Source of the DNA: Thalia democratica
Taxonomy: Eukaryota
DNA length: 64,000 bases
NCBI GenBank assembly: GCA_965202585.1
Contig: OZ241834.1
Coordinates: forward strand, 27,094,001-27,158,000
Direction: 5' to 3'
Positions 1 through 9,890 of the stretch are shown here, piece by piece. Made by a program: the position numbers and the translations under genes. The notes beneath the pieces are model-generated. The model was given only the letters and a program-made list of their open reading frames with translations. It ran no database searches and was not told the DNA's origin. Each line of letters opens with the position of its first letter. Positions within the stretch are counted from its first letter, which is position 1.

Positions 1-1176
1 AAAAAATTTGATTATTTTCTTCTTTTTACCTGATAGTCCTTGTCTGAAAATTCAATGTTGTCTAGATCCATTTTTTCAAGAAATTCCAATCTGTGAAAAT
101 AAATTCTGTAAAAATCTGATACAATTACTAGATGAATTGAGCAAATGTTTTTGTATACTAAACACTTAAGTATCTAATAATTTTTAAGTGGCTATTTTTT
201 TAGTAAATTAGTTTTTTCAAAACATTTGAAAATAAATGAAAATAAGTTTATTAGAAATACATGATACAGTTAACCCTACTGTTTAATTTTTTTAATTTAG
301 AGTTATCACTTCGTCTGGAAAGTTCTATGTTGGTTTCAGATTATTTGTTTAAACATTTTTGTTATAATACATTTAACTTTCTTTATGAAACTCTGTAGTT
401 GTGTGTAAAGAAAAAAAAGTTTTTTATCCTAAAGAAAGGCACTATACTGTTATAAAAAAAACTTAAGCATTTTTACACGGATAATAACTAAAAACTTTTT
501 AAAATTTAACACCTACGTCTATATTCTTAAGATCGTATAAACCATATTGGTATCAATATTATACAAGATTAGTTACTTTTCTACGTCTTCCAAATTTTTT
601 TTTATTGAGCTATTTCTAATAGTTATCAAATGCAAAATTTTTTAGTTTTAATTTTTTATAAATAAAAATCTTTTACAGCTTATTAGAAAAACAGTTGAAA
701 ACCGGTTACCTTATTTCCAAAAAAGTACATATTTTGAGTTTATCTCGACCTACTGTACACTTTAAAGATATGAAATTTTATAAAGCTTAATTCAAGTACT
801 GTTAATATTTTACATAAAAACTGTACAAATTATACTTCAGCTTACTTACTGTACAAATACTTAGTTTCTTCTATTTTCTAACTTAGAAGCTATGGAGACT
901 TTTATTTTTAATATAAATTTCAATCAAAAATGTAGAAACAAAGTCACAGTTATTTATTTCTCACTTTCTTTAGTAAACTACTTCTTACTTTGAAGCTATG
1001 GAGACTTTTGTTTTTAATTTAAGTACTTTCATTAATTTCAATCAAAACAGTAGAAACCAAAAAACTTTTTTTTTCTCACTTTCCTTAGTAAACAGCTTTA
1101 TATAAATATAAATTAAAAATACTAATATAAATTTCAGTCAAAACAATAGAAACAAAATCACAGTCATTTTTCTCAC

Positions 1177-1295
1177 TTTCGCTTGGTGAACATTGTGTAG
1201 AGCTTGCAAACGAGCAATTCTGCTGCCCCGTCCCTCTGATACATCGTCCCCCTCACCAGGCACCACGGCAGCTTCATCTTCTCCTTCGCTATCAC
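1177..1295 (-). CDS. SPATA4: SPATA4-like exon 3
   Basis: ctcgcag|GTG ATA ... CGA AA|gtgaga; part of ORF-track entry 1173..1388. If the donor is not used the frame stops at 1173-1175. Confidence 0.8.
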
Positions 1296-3111
1296 CTGCG
1301 AGTTGTTGCATAAGTTAAGAATATATATATTGTTTATTGAACGACAAAAAAAAGCGCTCAAAATATTTTGTTCTAAGACTTGGTGCACGAAAAAACCTAG
1401 CTATTTGTTGTGCAAATTAACAAAATAAAACGTGATGAATGGTGTTAGTGAAGTATAAATGAGCAATGCCATAAACGAACTGTTCTAACATTAAAAAATT
1501 TTTATTGAAAGCTATCACTTTGTTATAGTATGAGTGTTATGCTTCATTTTTATGCATTTGACAAGTTTAATACACTACTGAAGAGATTACATGAAAATAG
1601 ATTTGTATTTGATTGTATTATTTTAAAGCTGCCCTTAAATAATCTAAGCATTGAAAAAAGTGTTAAACAGATTTATTGTAAAAAAGTTTTGAAATAAACT
1701 TTTTCAAGTAAACTTCAGCTAAGACATCATTATGGAAAAACTTAATCGTTTATAGTTTTACTAACTACTGAAATACTAAAATAAAGCAGTTATTATTATG
1801 AAAAAAATAAATACTATCATACATTTATAATTTATATTCTTTCAAAGAGATCGTTCTTTTATTTATATAGACACTATAATTCGTACTAAAAAAAACAGTA
1901 GAAAAAAAAGTTGTTAAATATTTTGTATTTAGATGCGAAAAACAAAGGCTTAAATAATCTGAGTTTTAATTTTAAGTTTAGCCAAAAAAGCAACTAAAAA
2001 GTTTAAATAATTCTTGTATAAAAACAACAAAGTAGGCTAAATCTTGATATAAATAAGTTTATACTAAAATAACAAAAAATTCATCCAAAATAGCTGAACA
2101 CATGTAGTGGTATGGGACACATTCAAAATCCACCCGCGTTCAAAATCCACCCGATCAAAATCCACCCAGCCAAATTTGAGAACCGCTTACCAATCGAGGG
2201 TAAGGGTTAAGGGTAACAGTGATAGTGAAAAAATAATAATAAATAAATTTAAAAATGTATGAAATAAATTAGTAAATAATAAAAATTTTAAAAAAATCGG
2301 GTGGATTTTGAGCGCAGATGGATTTTGATCGGGTGGATTTTGAACGCGGGTGGATTTTGATCGGGTGGATTTTGATCGGGTGGATTTTGATCTGGTGGAT
2401 TTTGAACGCGGGTGGATTTTGATAGTACAGCAGTGGTATATTCTTGAAAGAAACTACAAATTTAAGCAACATACTTTGATTACTTCAATTTAAAACAATT
2501 ATTCACCTCGAAGAGCGAAACCCAGTTGTAGAAAATGGCCTTGGAGCTGGTGCTGTCTACCAGGCACCCTGGGAAAATGTAGCTGGGGAAGGCTTTGGGG
2601 TGGTAGCGATTGAAAATTTCAGAAACTATCAGGCCACTGCAAAATTCTCTGCGAAAGAAATAAATTGAATTTTTCAAGTGCTTATGTTTTAAACTTTAAT
2701 CGTTTTGGATGATTTATTTTGATTACAGTTTTTGTTTGACTTCAAATAGTTTTAAACTTCCTACAAAAAAAAACTTAGATTTTTTTTTATTATCATAACA
2801 ATTAGCTTAAAAGTGTTGTTATAAAAATCACCGAACCAGGTTTTAAAGTAATATTATGGGGTTTTCTTTACAACTGCAATTAAAAATTTATGATTTTAAT
2901 TTGTATCTAAAATTCATTTTCAATTATACTCTGCTTATTTTAGACTACAAGCTTTATTTTCTCAAGTTCATTTCAACATTTTGCAATTTACAAACCTTTT
3001 TATGTTTTTTATTGGTTTGCTCAGCTCCAATGCTTGCAACCATTTTAGCACCTCTCTCGGTGTTTTTGTAGGCCTTCTTATTATATCAAATCTTTCTTTC
3101 TGCTTCGACAT
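1177..3111 (-). CDS. SPATA4: SPATA4-like CH-domain protein, exons 1-3 (3111-2996, 2648-2507, 1295-1177); 3' part presumably beyond the left window edge
   Basis: Spliced translation MSKQKERFDIIRRPTKTPREVLKWLQALELSKPIKNIKR/EFCSGLIVSEIFNRYHP...NWVSLFE/VIAKEKMKLPWCLVRGTMYQRDGAAELLVCKLYTMFTKR. All junctions are GT-AG and phase-consistent (2,0,2). Matches the remembered SPEF1/SPATA4 CH domain (LxWLQxLxL..RxFxxGxxxxEIF..Y.P..NW) and the SPATA4 block LPxxLxxGT..xxG..E.L...Y..LT.R. Confidence 0.8.
1340..1398 (+). repeat. ~110-bp dispersed repeat, copy 1 (5' part)
   Basis: aacgacaaaaaaaagcgctcaaaatattttgttctaagacttggtgcacgaaaaaacc. Confidence 0.7.
2114..2431. mobile_element. Foldback-type MITE with arms built of 15-17 bp tandem units (TCAAAATCCACCCG), in SPATA4 intron 2
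   Basis: 3 units at 2122-2167 face about 8 inverted units at 2297-2422. 8-bp direct repeat AGTGGTAT flanks both sides (2106-2113, 2432-2439). G-rich core at 2197-2215. Confidence 0.7.
2507..2648 (-). CDS. SPATA4: SPATA4-like exon 2
   Basis: tttcgcag|A GAA TTT ... GAG|gtgaat; part of ORF-track entry 2480..2677. Confidence 0.85.
2996..3111 (-). CDS. SPATA4: SPATA4-like exon 1 (38 codons + 2 nt)
   Basis: ATG at 3111, open to AG|gtttgt donor; not in the ORF track because it is short. Confidence 0.8.
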
Positions 3112-6059
3112 TTTAAAACAAACTTCAATTATTTAGACGAAAGCTTTGCTTGCTTTGGTATTTTAAACTTAGTAAAAACAATACTTGTACTTTTGATATA
3201 CTTTTTTTTTGCACTTGTATACAATACTTATATACATAGTAACTGTAACTACGTAAAAATCTGTTAATTACAGTTTAACTTTTTTAGTTAAAAATTAAAA
3301 AAATCGACGAACTTTTGGCTTAGATTTTTTCTATTAGTTTTGGTATTAATGACATACTGGGACGATTTAAGGAATTAATTATTATAACTTTAAATTAACT
3401 TGCATGTTTAAACAAGTTTACAAAAGTTTATTTTATACGTACTTAATTAAAAAAAAAGACTAACGTCGTATTTTATGATAAATGAAAAACATTTTTGTAT
3501 TTTTATTCAAGTATTCAGATTAAACTAATAACTTTAAGATAAGTTATCAATCTATGAAAATATTAAAAACTAAAAAGTAGCAAATGAACATTGATGAGAC
3601 AATTCTAAGTTCAGTTTATTACTTGACAGTGTGTTTCATGTCTATTAATTTCTGGTCTATGCATAAACGCATAAAAAAAAGCATTAAAAAATAAACTTTC
3701 ATTTCTAATTTGTCTCATTGATCATAGTAATACAGATTTTTATTAATATTTTTTTAATAAACTAAACATAAATTAGAACAAACGAATATTACATATAAAA
3801 TAGAAATATGATAATGACTTCTATTATAAATGACAGAATAGTTTATCATTGTTTAGCCAGTAAGTTCAGACAAAAAAGTAAGGGCTAGCAGTTTATAGCT
3901 GTTTTATAACAATATAAACTGTTTTTAGTTCTATCATTTTATATCAATGAATAATACAATCCTAAAATAGCGAGGAGCAATTTTTTTGGTCGGCGGGCCG
4001 GATTTATTAGAAAAACTCATGCCAAACTTTTAAAACATTTTTTCAAACCTGCGTAACTTTGAAAAATTGCACTATAAAATTAAATACTCTGCAAAACTCG
4101 TAAATGCTAAATTACAATGAAATGACCACTAAACTATTAACAAACTTTATCTTAATTGAACAAACTACAGAAGAAAAATGTAAAGTAAATCTTTTTCTGT
4201 ACTCGGCATAGTAAATTAATACTACTCTCGTGTTATTGTCATATCTTGTACCGCAAACTTTATCATATCCTATTTTTATTATACCAAACGTAGTACATTT
4301 TATTGTACTAGTTTTACCATAAGCAAAATCATCTGCCCATTTGCATAAGTTGATTTAAAGCTTTGTATAACTGAAACTTATTTTAGTTTTTAGTCCAGTA
4401 GTTTTTAAACAACTTGTGTTTGAGTTGTGTACCCGACTAACTTTTAAAATGATCAACCTGATAAACTACAAAATAATTTTAAATTATGTGGTTCTATTTA
4501 CTTTAAAAACAGTATATTTTCTTACTAATTAAAATTTCTGAAATCTTTAAATTAAAAGATTGGTAGATTACCAGCATACTATTCATACATAAAAGTTTTT
4601 ATGATAAGTAATCATAAAATGACCAAGCAATTTTTAAGCAGTAACTTAGACTTTTTTTACATTTATTTTCTAAATGTTGCTAACTTCCTTAAATGAAAAA
4701 CATATAATTAGTAATTGCTTATTCTAAATCATCAAAGCTTTAAAAACCTTACTAAATAAAATTTGGAATTTAACGGTTACTTTCATTTTTAGAGAAATTA
4801 AAAACAGCTATATAAATTGCTAACCCATTCATTTATGATATTTAATTTGTTACTACTTTAAAAATAGTAATAAAATTGTCATGTTTACTGGAATTTGATA
4901 GCTCCTTACATTTATGCTAATACCAGAAGTTTAAAAAAGTAGTTTTAGTTGATTGTGACACAATGTTTTTTTTTTTCCTTACTTCTGTGTTTTACTTTAA
5001 AGAAAGAATTTAGTTGAAGCAATAAAGCTAAGCATTTTACTTAAAAAAGGTAGAAGTAGTGAACTTTATTTATAAAAAAACGTTAGGCACAAAAATTAAC
5101 TCTGCAATGGTAGTTTATCGTAGTAACACTAAAAGTTCTCTATTTAAAGTTTAGTGAAATAATATCTTGACTATAAAATACTTAATTAGCTTTTGAAATT
5201 TTACTTTATAAACTCAATAATAGCAGTATTAAATGGAATAAAAAACACCAAATTCTAGAAATAAATACTTATTAAAAAAATTTTCAAGTATATTTTAAAT
5301 CTTTAAATAAGATTTAGGATGAATGGTTTGCAGGTAGTCTGTTTTTTAGATTGGAATGAGACAGGTTTAAGTAAATAAACAAATAAAAAATCGGTTAAAA
5401 GATCATTTTAATTAACTGTCTTAATTTTATAAATTAAGAAAACACTTAGAAAGAGATCTTTCGTTTATTAAAAATATTTTCAATTTTGCTGATAAATACA
5501 TTTGCTTAAGAGTGGTAACTTAGAGTATGTACTAAATGAGATTAATAATATATTCTGTACCTTAAAAACTATCAGTAAAAGTATAGCTTACTTGTTTCCT
5601 ACTTTACAAATTTAATAATTTTAATGGATACTAAAATTTGAAATACTTAAGTTTTATTTATATTCTTAAATCAATATTTTTAAATAAACTGGTATCTTTT
5701 TTTAATTTCAACTTTGTTGTAAAAATATGTTTATGTAGTATATAAATAACTGTATCAGTTGGATCTGAATTTAAAAAATTTAAAAACTTTTGAAATACTT
5801 TAATAATTCAATTTAAGTTAGCACTTTGGTTAAAAAAAATATATGTATGAAAATACTTAATTGCAAATAAATGTAACTGTAAGATTGTATGTTAAATTAC
5901 TAAGAATTTAGCCCATTTTTGATAGGAAGTTAGTATCAAAAAGGGTACTTGGCACACATTCAGTGGAATCAAGTTAAAGTTAAATTGTTACTAACAAGTT
6001 AAATTATTATTAAATCACTTTACTTACTAACAGGTATTTGTGTGCGATAAGTAATCGAG

Positions 6060-7481
6060 ATGGTTTCGGTCAGAAGAGGGAAAGCATCAAACGAAGCAGA
6101 CCTCCTTCAACAAAATGCTTTAATGAAAAAGATAAGGACTTTGATCCACTACGATGATGAACCGTACGCGTTTGAGTACGGCTTCGCTCCGAAACAAGTC
6201 GTTGAAAAGTTCAATGATTTTCGTAAAAAACACGGAAGCTTCTTTGCCACAGTGGAAGATCTTCTACGCAAGGGTGAAGGCTTGAAACACAAGTACAACT
6301 TCATTGACAGGAGCAAGAACATGCGGAGGCTGGAGGCGAGGTTTTCAGAAGAAGAAAGTTACGAGCAAGCGTGCACTGCAAATCGCAAGCTGGTCGTGTT
6401 CGCTCAGTCGAACGGAAATGATGACGTTGCTCGCGCCATCGAAGAAATTCTGATGAGCGCCGAACCGGCACCAGATTCTGGTCGCGAAAAAAGTCCCGTC
6501 AGTGAAACTTCTGGGAAAGGCTTATGCGGTTTGGAGAAGTTGGAAAAATTTATGAACTTTTCCTTCATGAACTCTCTGCTTAAATGCATGTTCAGCAAAG
6601 AGCAGCTGAAAGGTTACTTCAACAACATAAAGTTACAGAAACAACCAGAAAATTATCTAAACAGAAAAATCGCTTATGAAAATAACTTCGCGGAATGTTG
6701 TTCGCAATTGTTGAAAGATGTCAAGAGCTTAAGTAACGGTCGTAGTTTGAAGCCTGACGTTTTTTTGAATTGGGTAATAAATGTGGAAAAAATGTTTCTT
6801 GGTAGTAATAAACAGCTTAAAGTTAAAATGAAATTCTGGCTCAATTGCTTTCTGGTTGGATTGGACAAACACTTGGACAAGGAACGCGATGAAAATGCTA
6901 AAAAACTAAACAAATATTTTTCGGGAAAATTCCGTATTACAAGGGACTGTCTGACAACAGAACCATGTCTGAGTGTACCAAGTATACAGTTGTTTCGAAA
7001 GCTATCACTACCTTTGACTGAAAATAGCACACTTGCAGACATGGTCCAAAGATATCAAGTGCCAAAAAAGTTTTTAAAACGATGCGCCGCTTGCAAGGAA
7101 GCTTACCATCACGAAAACTCACGAAATGTGGTCGTGCAAAGATGCATTACGAGCCTTCCGCCAGTGCTGACCATCGAGCTGGAACGGTTTGATCAAAAGT
7201 ATAAACATCGTGTAAAAGATTCCAGGGATGTCAAGTTCCCGCTCTGCCTTTATTGGAAGAGAACGGACGTACTCGACGTGGAGAAATACAATTTGTACGC
7301 TGTCTTATACCATGTCGGGCCGGTGTCGAAGGAAGGACGTTACGTGGCGAGCTGTAAAGTTGAAGGTCGCTGGTATTTGTTCGATGATGAAAAGGTGAAT
7401 GAAATTGAAAGCTCTCGAGTTGAGAAGCCTCACGGAGATCACGACGCCTACATTTTGTTCTACTACAAATCTGATGAATGA
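6060..7481 (+). CDS. Ubiquitin-specific protease (peptidase C19)-like protein, predicted catalytically inactive; single coding exon, 473 aa
   Basis: Cys-box-like GLCGLEKLEKFMNFSFMNSLLKCM, finger CxxC (RCAAC), LPPVLTIELERF, V.FP..L, His-box-like YNLYAVLYHVG....GRYVA..K...WYLFDDEKV and terminal AYILFY. In-frame TAA at 6048 and a candidate acceptor (ctaacag, 6033) upstream support ATG 6060 as the start. Confidence 0.9.
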   Translation: MVSVRRGKASNEADLLQQNALMKKIRTLIHYDDEPYAFEYGFAPKQVVEKFNDFRKKHGSFFATVEDLLRKGEGLKHKYNFIDRSKNMRRLEARFSEEESYEQACTANRKLVVFAQSNGNDDVARAIEEILMSAEPAPDSGREKSPVSETSGKGLCGLEKLEKFMNFSFMNSLLKCMFSKEQLKGYFNNIKLQKQPENYLNRKIAYENNFAECCSQLLKDVKSLSNGRSLKPDVFLNWVINVEKMFLGSNKQLKVKMKFWLNCFLVGLDKHLDKERDENAKKLNKYFSGKFRITRDCLTTEPCLSVPSIQLFRKLSLPLTENSTLADMVQRYQVPKKFLKRCAACKEAYHHENSRNVVVQRCITSLPPVLTIELERFDQKYKHRVKDSRDVKFPLCLYWKRTDVLDVEKYNLYAVLYHVGPVSKEGRYVASCKVEGRWYLFDDEKVNEIESSRVEKPHGDHDAYILFYYKSDE

Positions 7482-7689
7482 AGCTTTATTTTTGACTGTT
7501 TATCTAATTGTTGAGTGCATTTGTGAGTTTTTATATAGTTTATAGATTTTTCTGTGTCGTTACGTTTGCATGAAAGCCTATTTTCTTATTTATTGCTTTG
7601 TTTATTTTGTTCTAAGTTATTAAATTCGTTATACAATAAAACAAATTTAAAAATGGTTAGTCTTAATTTATATACTTATTGTTTGTAGA

Positions 7690-7805
7690 ACAATAAAAAA
7701 TGAGCGCTCAAAGTATTTGGTTCTAAGACCTAGTGCACGAAAAAACTTTTCGGTTATCAAGTCATACACCACTTAGATATCTTTTAACGTCATGTCTACG
7801 ACAAT
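7690..7805 (+). repeat. ~110-bp dispersed repeat, copy 2
   Basis: gagcgctcaaagtatttggttctaagacctagtgcacgaaaaaacttttcggttatcaagtc...ttttaacgtcatgtc. Confidence 0.75.
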
Positions 7806-8051
7806 TAAACATCGAAAAGCTACATACTAATCGTTTATATGCTTATTATTATTTTTTTAGTATACTTTTCATCCAGAATTTAAGTCCGTAAATCTGTTTT
7901 ACAAAATTTGATAACTTATCAATAATATTTTAGCAATTAAAATTGTACAAGCTGTTTACCTTGTTGCTTACGATTAAAATAAGGCTTATAATGCAACATT
8001 TGAAAAGTTAACTTATTGTGTTATACTTTTATACCATCGTTCAAATAATGC

Positions 8052-8135
8052 CCATCTAAGATTAAACTTGTCTTGCATGGAATTAGAGAAAGATCATTCT
8101 CTAATACCATGCAAGACAAATTCAATCTTGAATGG
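8052..8135. other. Near-perfect intergenic hairpin
   Basis: 8068-8090 pairs with 8097-8119 (22 of 23 bp), 6-nt loop, with further imperfect lower stem. Confidence 0.85.
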
Positions 8136-9426
8136 CAATAAATAAATAAGTTGTAAGATTTAATAAGTTTTAATAAAGCTTTTATGCCACAAATATTGTG
8201 CGGAATTAAGCATTGTACTTTGTTTGATTTAAAGGTATAAAGGTGACTATGAGACCTAAAATATGAAGAGCAAATCTTTGGATTTAATAGGTTCTTTACG
8301 GAAGGCACAAACTCGAAAGATTTTATTTTCAAGTTATTTACACTAAATTTTATTAAAATGTTCCTTTCATTGTTGCCAAAAAACCTGTAACCCTGTAAAA
8401 TCTAAAAATATTCCAAGACTATTTTAATTTTTAAGAATTCTAAAAAGCGTAACTAAAACAAAAGCGTATTTTCGCGAGAGCTGACTGTACATCCGATATT
8501 TTAACTTATATTTTATTTAAATCTTTTTATTTAAAACATATACAATAAGTAAAACTAAACCATTTTTTCAGTTATCAAATTTTTATTATCTTATTAATAT
8601 ACCTTTAATTAAAAAAGTTTCGTATACACATTACAGCACTTGTTTAATTTGAAAGAGCTAGTAAGTTATACCTAAAAATTTACTATTTTAGAATGATTCA
8701 AAATGTCCTAGTTTTAAAACAGAATTTTATACATCAAAACAATTCTTAAAGCTTTTAGTCATTTTTAAATATAAAAAATTGTAGCTAAGAAGTATTTTAT
8801 ACTTTTTAAAATTAATTATTAATGATGACTTGCTAGAAAGACTTGACAATAAAATATCAAAAATGTATAAACTAATTCGTACAATTACAGGTTGAAATAT
8901 ATAATGTTTTATTTGTCATAAACCACCGTTCAAAGTGTATATAAATAGTTACGAAGAGTGACAATAACAATTACAAAATAAAACAGCAAAAAATGTATAA
9001 AGAAGTTGTTTAATTTATAATTTCATTCATTAAACAGAAAAATTTTTACTGATAAAAACAGAGTAAGGGTAGTAACCGTACAGTTTGCAAAAAATGAAAA
9101 GTTTTGAATATAAATTAAAAATTTGCACGGCTGAGACATTCAGATATCACAAAAAAATAAAGAGATACACGTTAACGGCAAATTCAAACAAAAAATAATA
9201 AAGAATTCAGTTTCGGGTTTTCGACTGAAAGACGCGAAAACAAATGACTTTTCAGGTAATTGAAACAAAAAGCTATTTATGTTATAATTATAATTGTAAA
9301 AACGAAAAACTTAAAAGCGAATTTATTTTTAGATGCGTCAACAACATCATGCCTCGTTATATAAAAATCACAAAAAAATTGAAAAATATTAAGTTTTATT
9401 TGCATTCGGGCTCGCACTTAAATATG

Positions 9427-9654
9427 GGTGGCTTGAAAAACCTGCAAAAGTTTGCATATTTGATGAGTCAGCTTTTTTTATTCTTTTCAAGTTGTTTTTT
9501 AATTCAATGAACACTTTTTTACTTGATTTATATGTTATATTAAGGTTAGGTGGGTTAGAGATAAATGTACAGATAAAAAAATAATTTAAAGAGTTTTATG
9601 AAAAATTATTGACTCAGCAAATATGCAAAATGTTTGCAGGTTTTTCAAGCTACC
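9427..9654. mobile_element. MITE with ~45-bp TIRs just downstream of the CDC27 stop
   Basis: ggtggcttgaaaaacctgcaaaagtttgcatatttgatgagtca (9427-9470) is the near reverse complement of 9611-9654; central ggttaggtgggttag. Confidence 0.75.
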
Positions 9655-9758
9655 CTCAAATACGAGAGACGCGAGAGAACTCAAACAATCAAATACGAGA
9701 GAACTAAATAAGAGAGAGAGCTCGGTGGCGCCACTCAGCGGATGGCAGATATGCAGTT

Positions 9759-9890
9759 TCAAGCGTGAGTGGTCTGGTGCGCGTTCTCTATCGCCTTCTT
9801 CAGGAAATTGTTGGAACCGCTGGGGTCGAGGTCGAGCGCTTTCGAGAAACTGTTCGTCGCCAGACCGTTCTGTCCTATTTTTAAATAAAC
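9759..9890 (-). CDS. CDC27: CDC27 exon 19 (terminal coding exon)
   Basis: gcacag|GTT TAT TTA AAA ATA GGA ...; VYLKIGQNGLATNSFSKALDLDPSGSNNFLKKAIENAHQTTHA, TGA at 9761-9759. Confidence 0.92.
   Translation of the reverse strand, partial: VYLKIGQNGLATNSFSKALDLDPSGSNNFLKKAIENAHQTTHA

Noticed and set aside
2122-2425. Short regularly repeated units suggesting a CRISPR array
   Set aside because: Units are contiguous with no unique spacers, occur in two inverted blocks, and the context is eukaryotic; it is a foldback element. ORF 2269..2472 is a by-product of these repeats.
2856-3071. Plus-strand 71-aa hydrophobic ORF
   Set aside because: Antisense shadow of SPATA4-like exon 1 plus AT-rich intron.
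3985-4005. GGCGGGCCG patches here and at about 59845
   Set aside because: Probably decayed hAT subterminal motifs, too short to delimit an element.
6404-7122. Three minus-strand ORFs inside the USP-like gene
   Set aside because: Antisense frames with no recognisable motifs.
9540-9560. Telomere-like GGTTAG words as interstitial telomere
   Set aside because: Only 2-3 degenerate words, always inside small foldback elements; no TTAGGG array.
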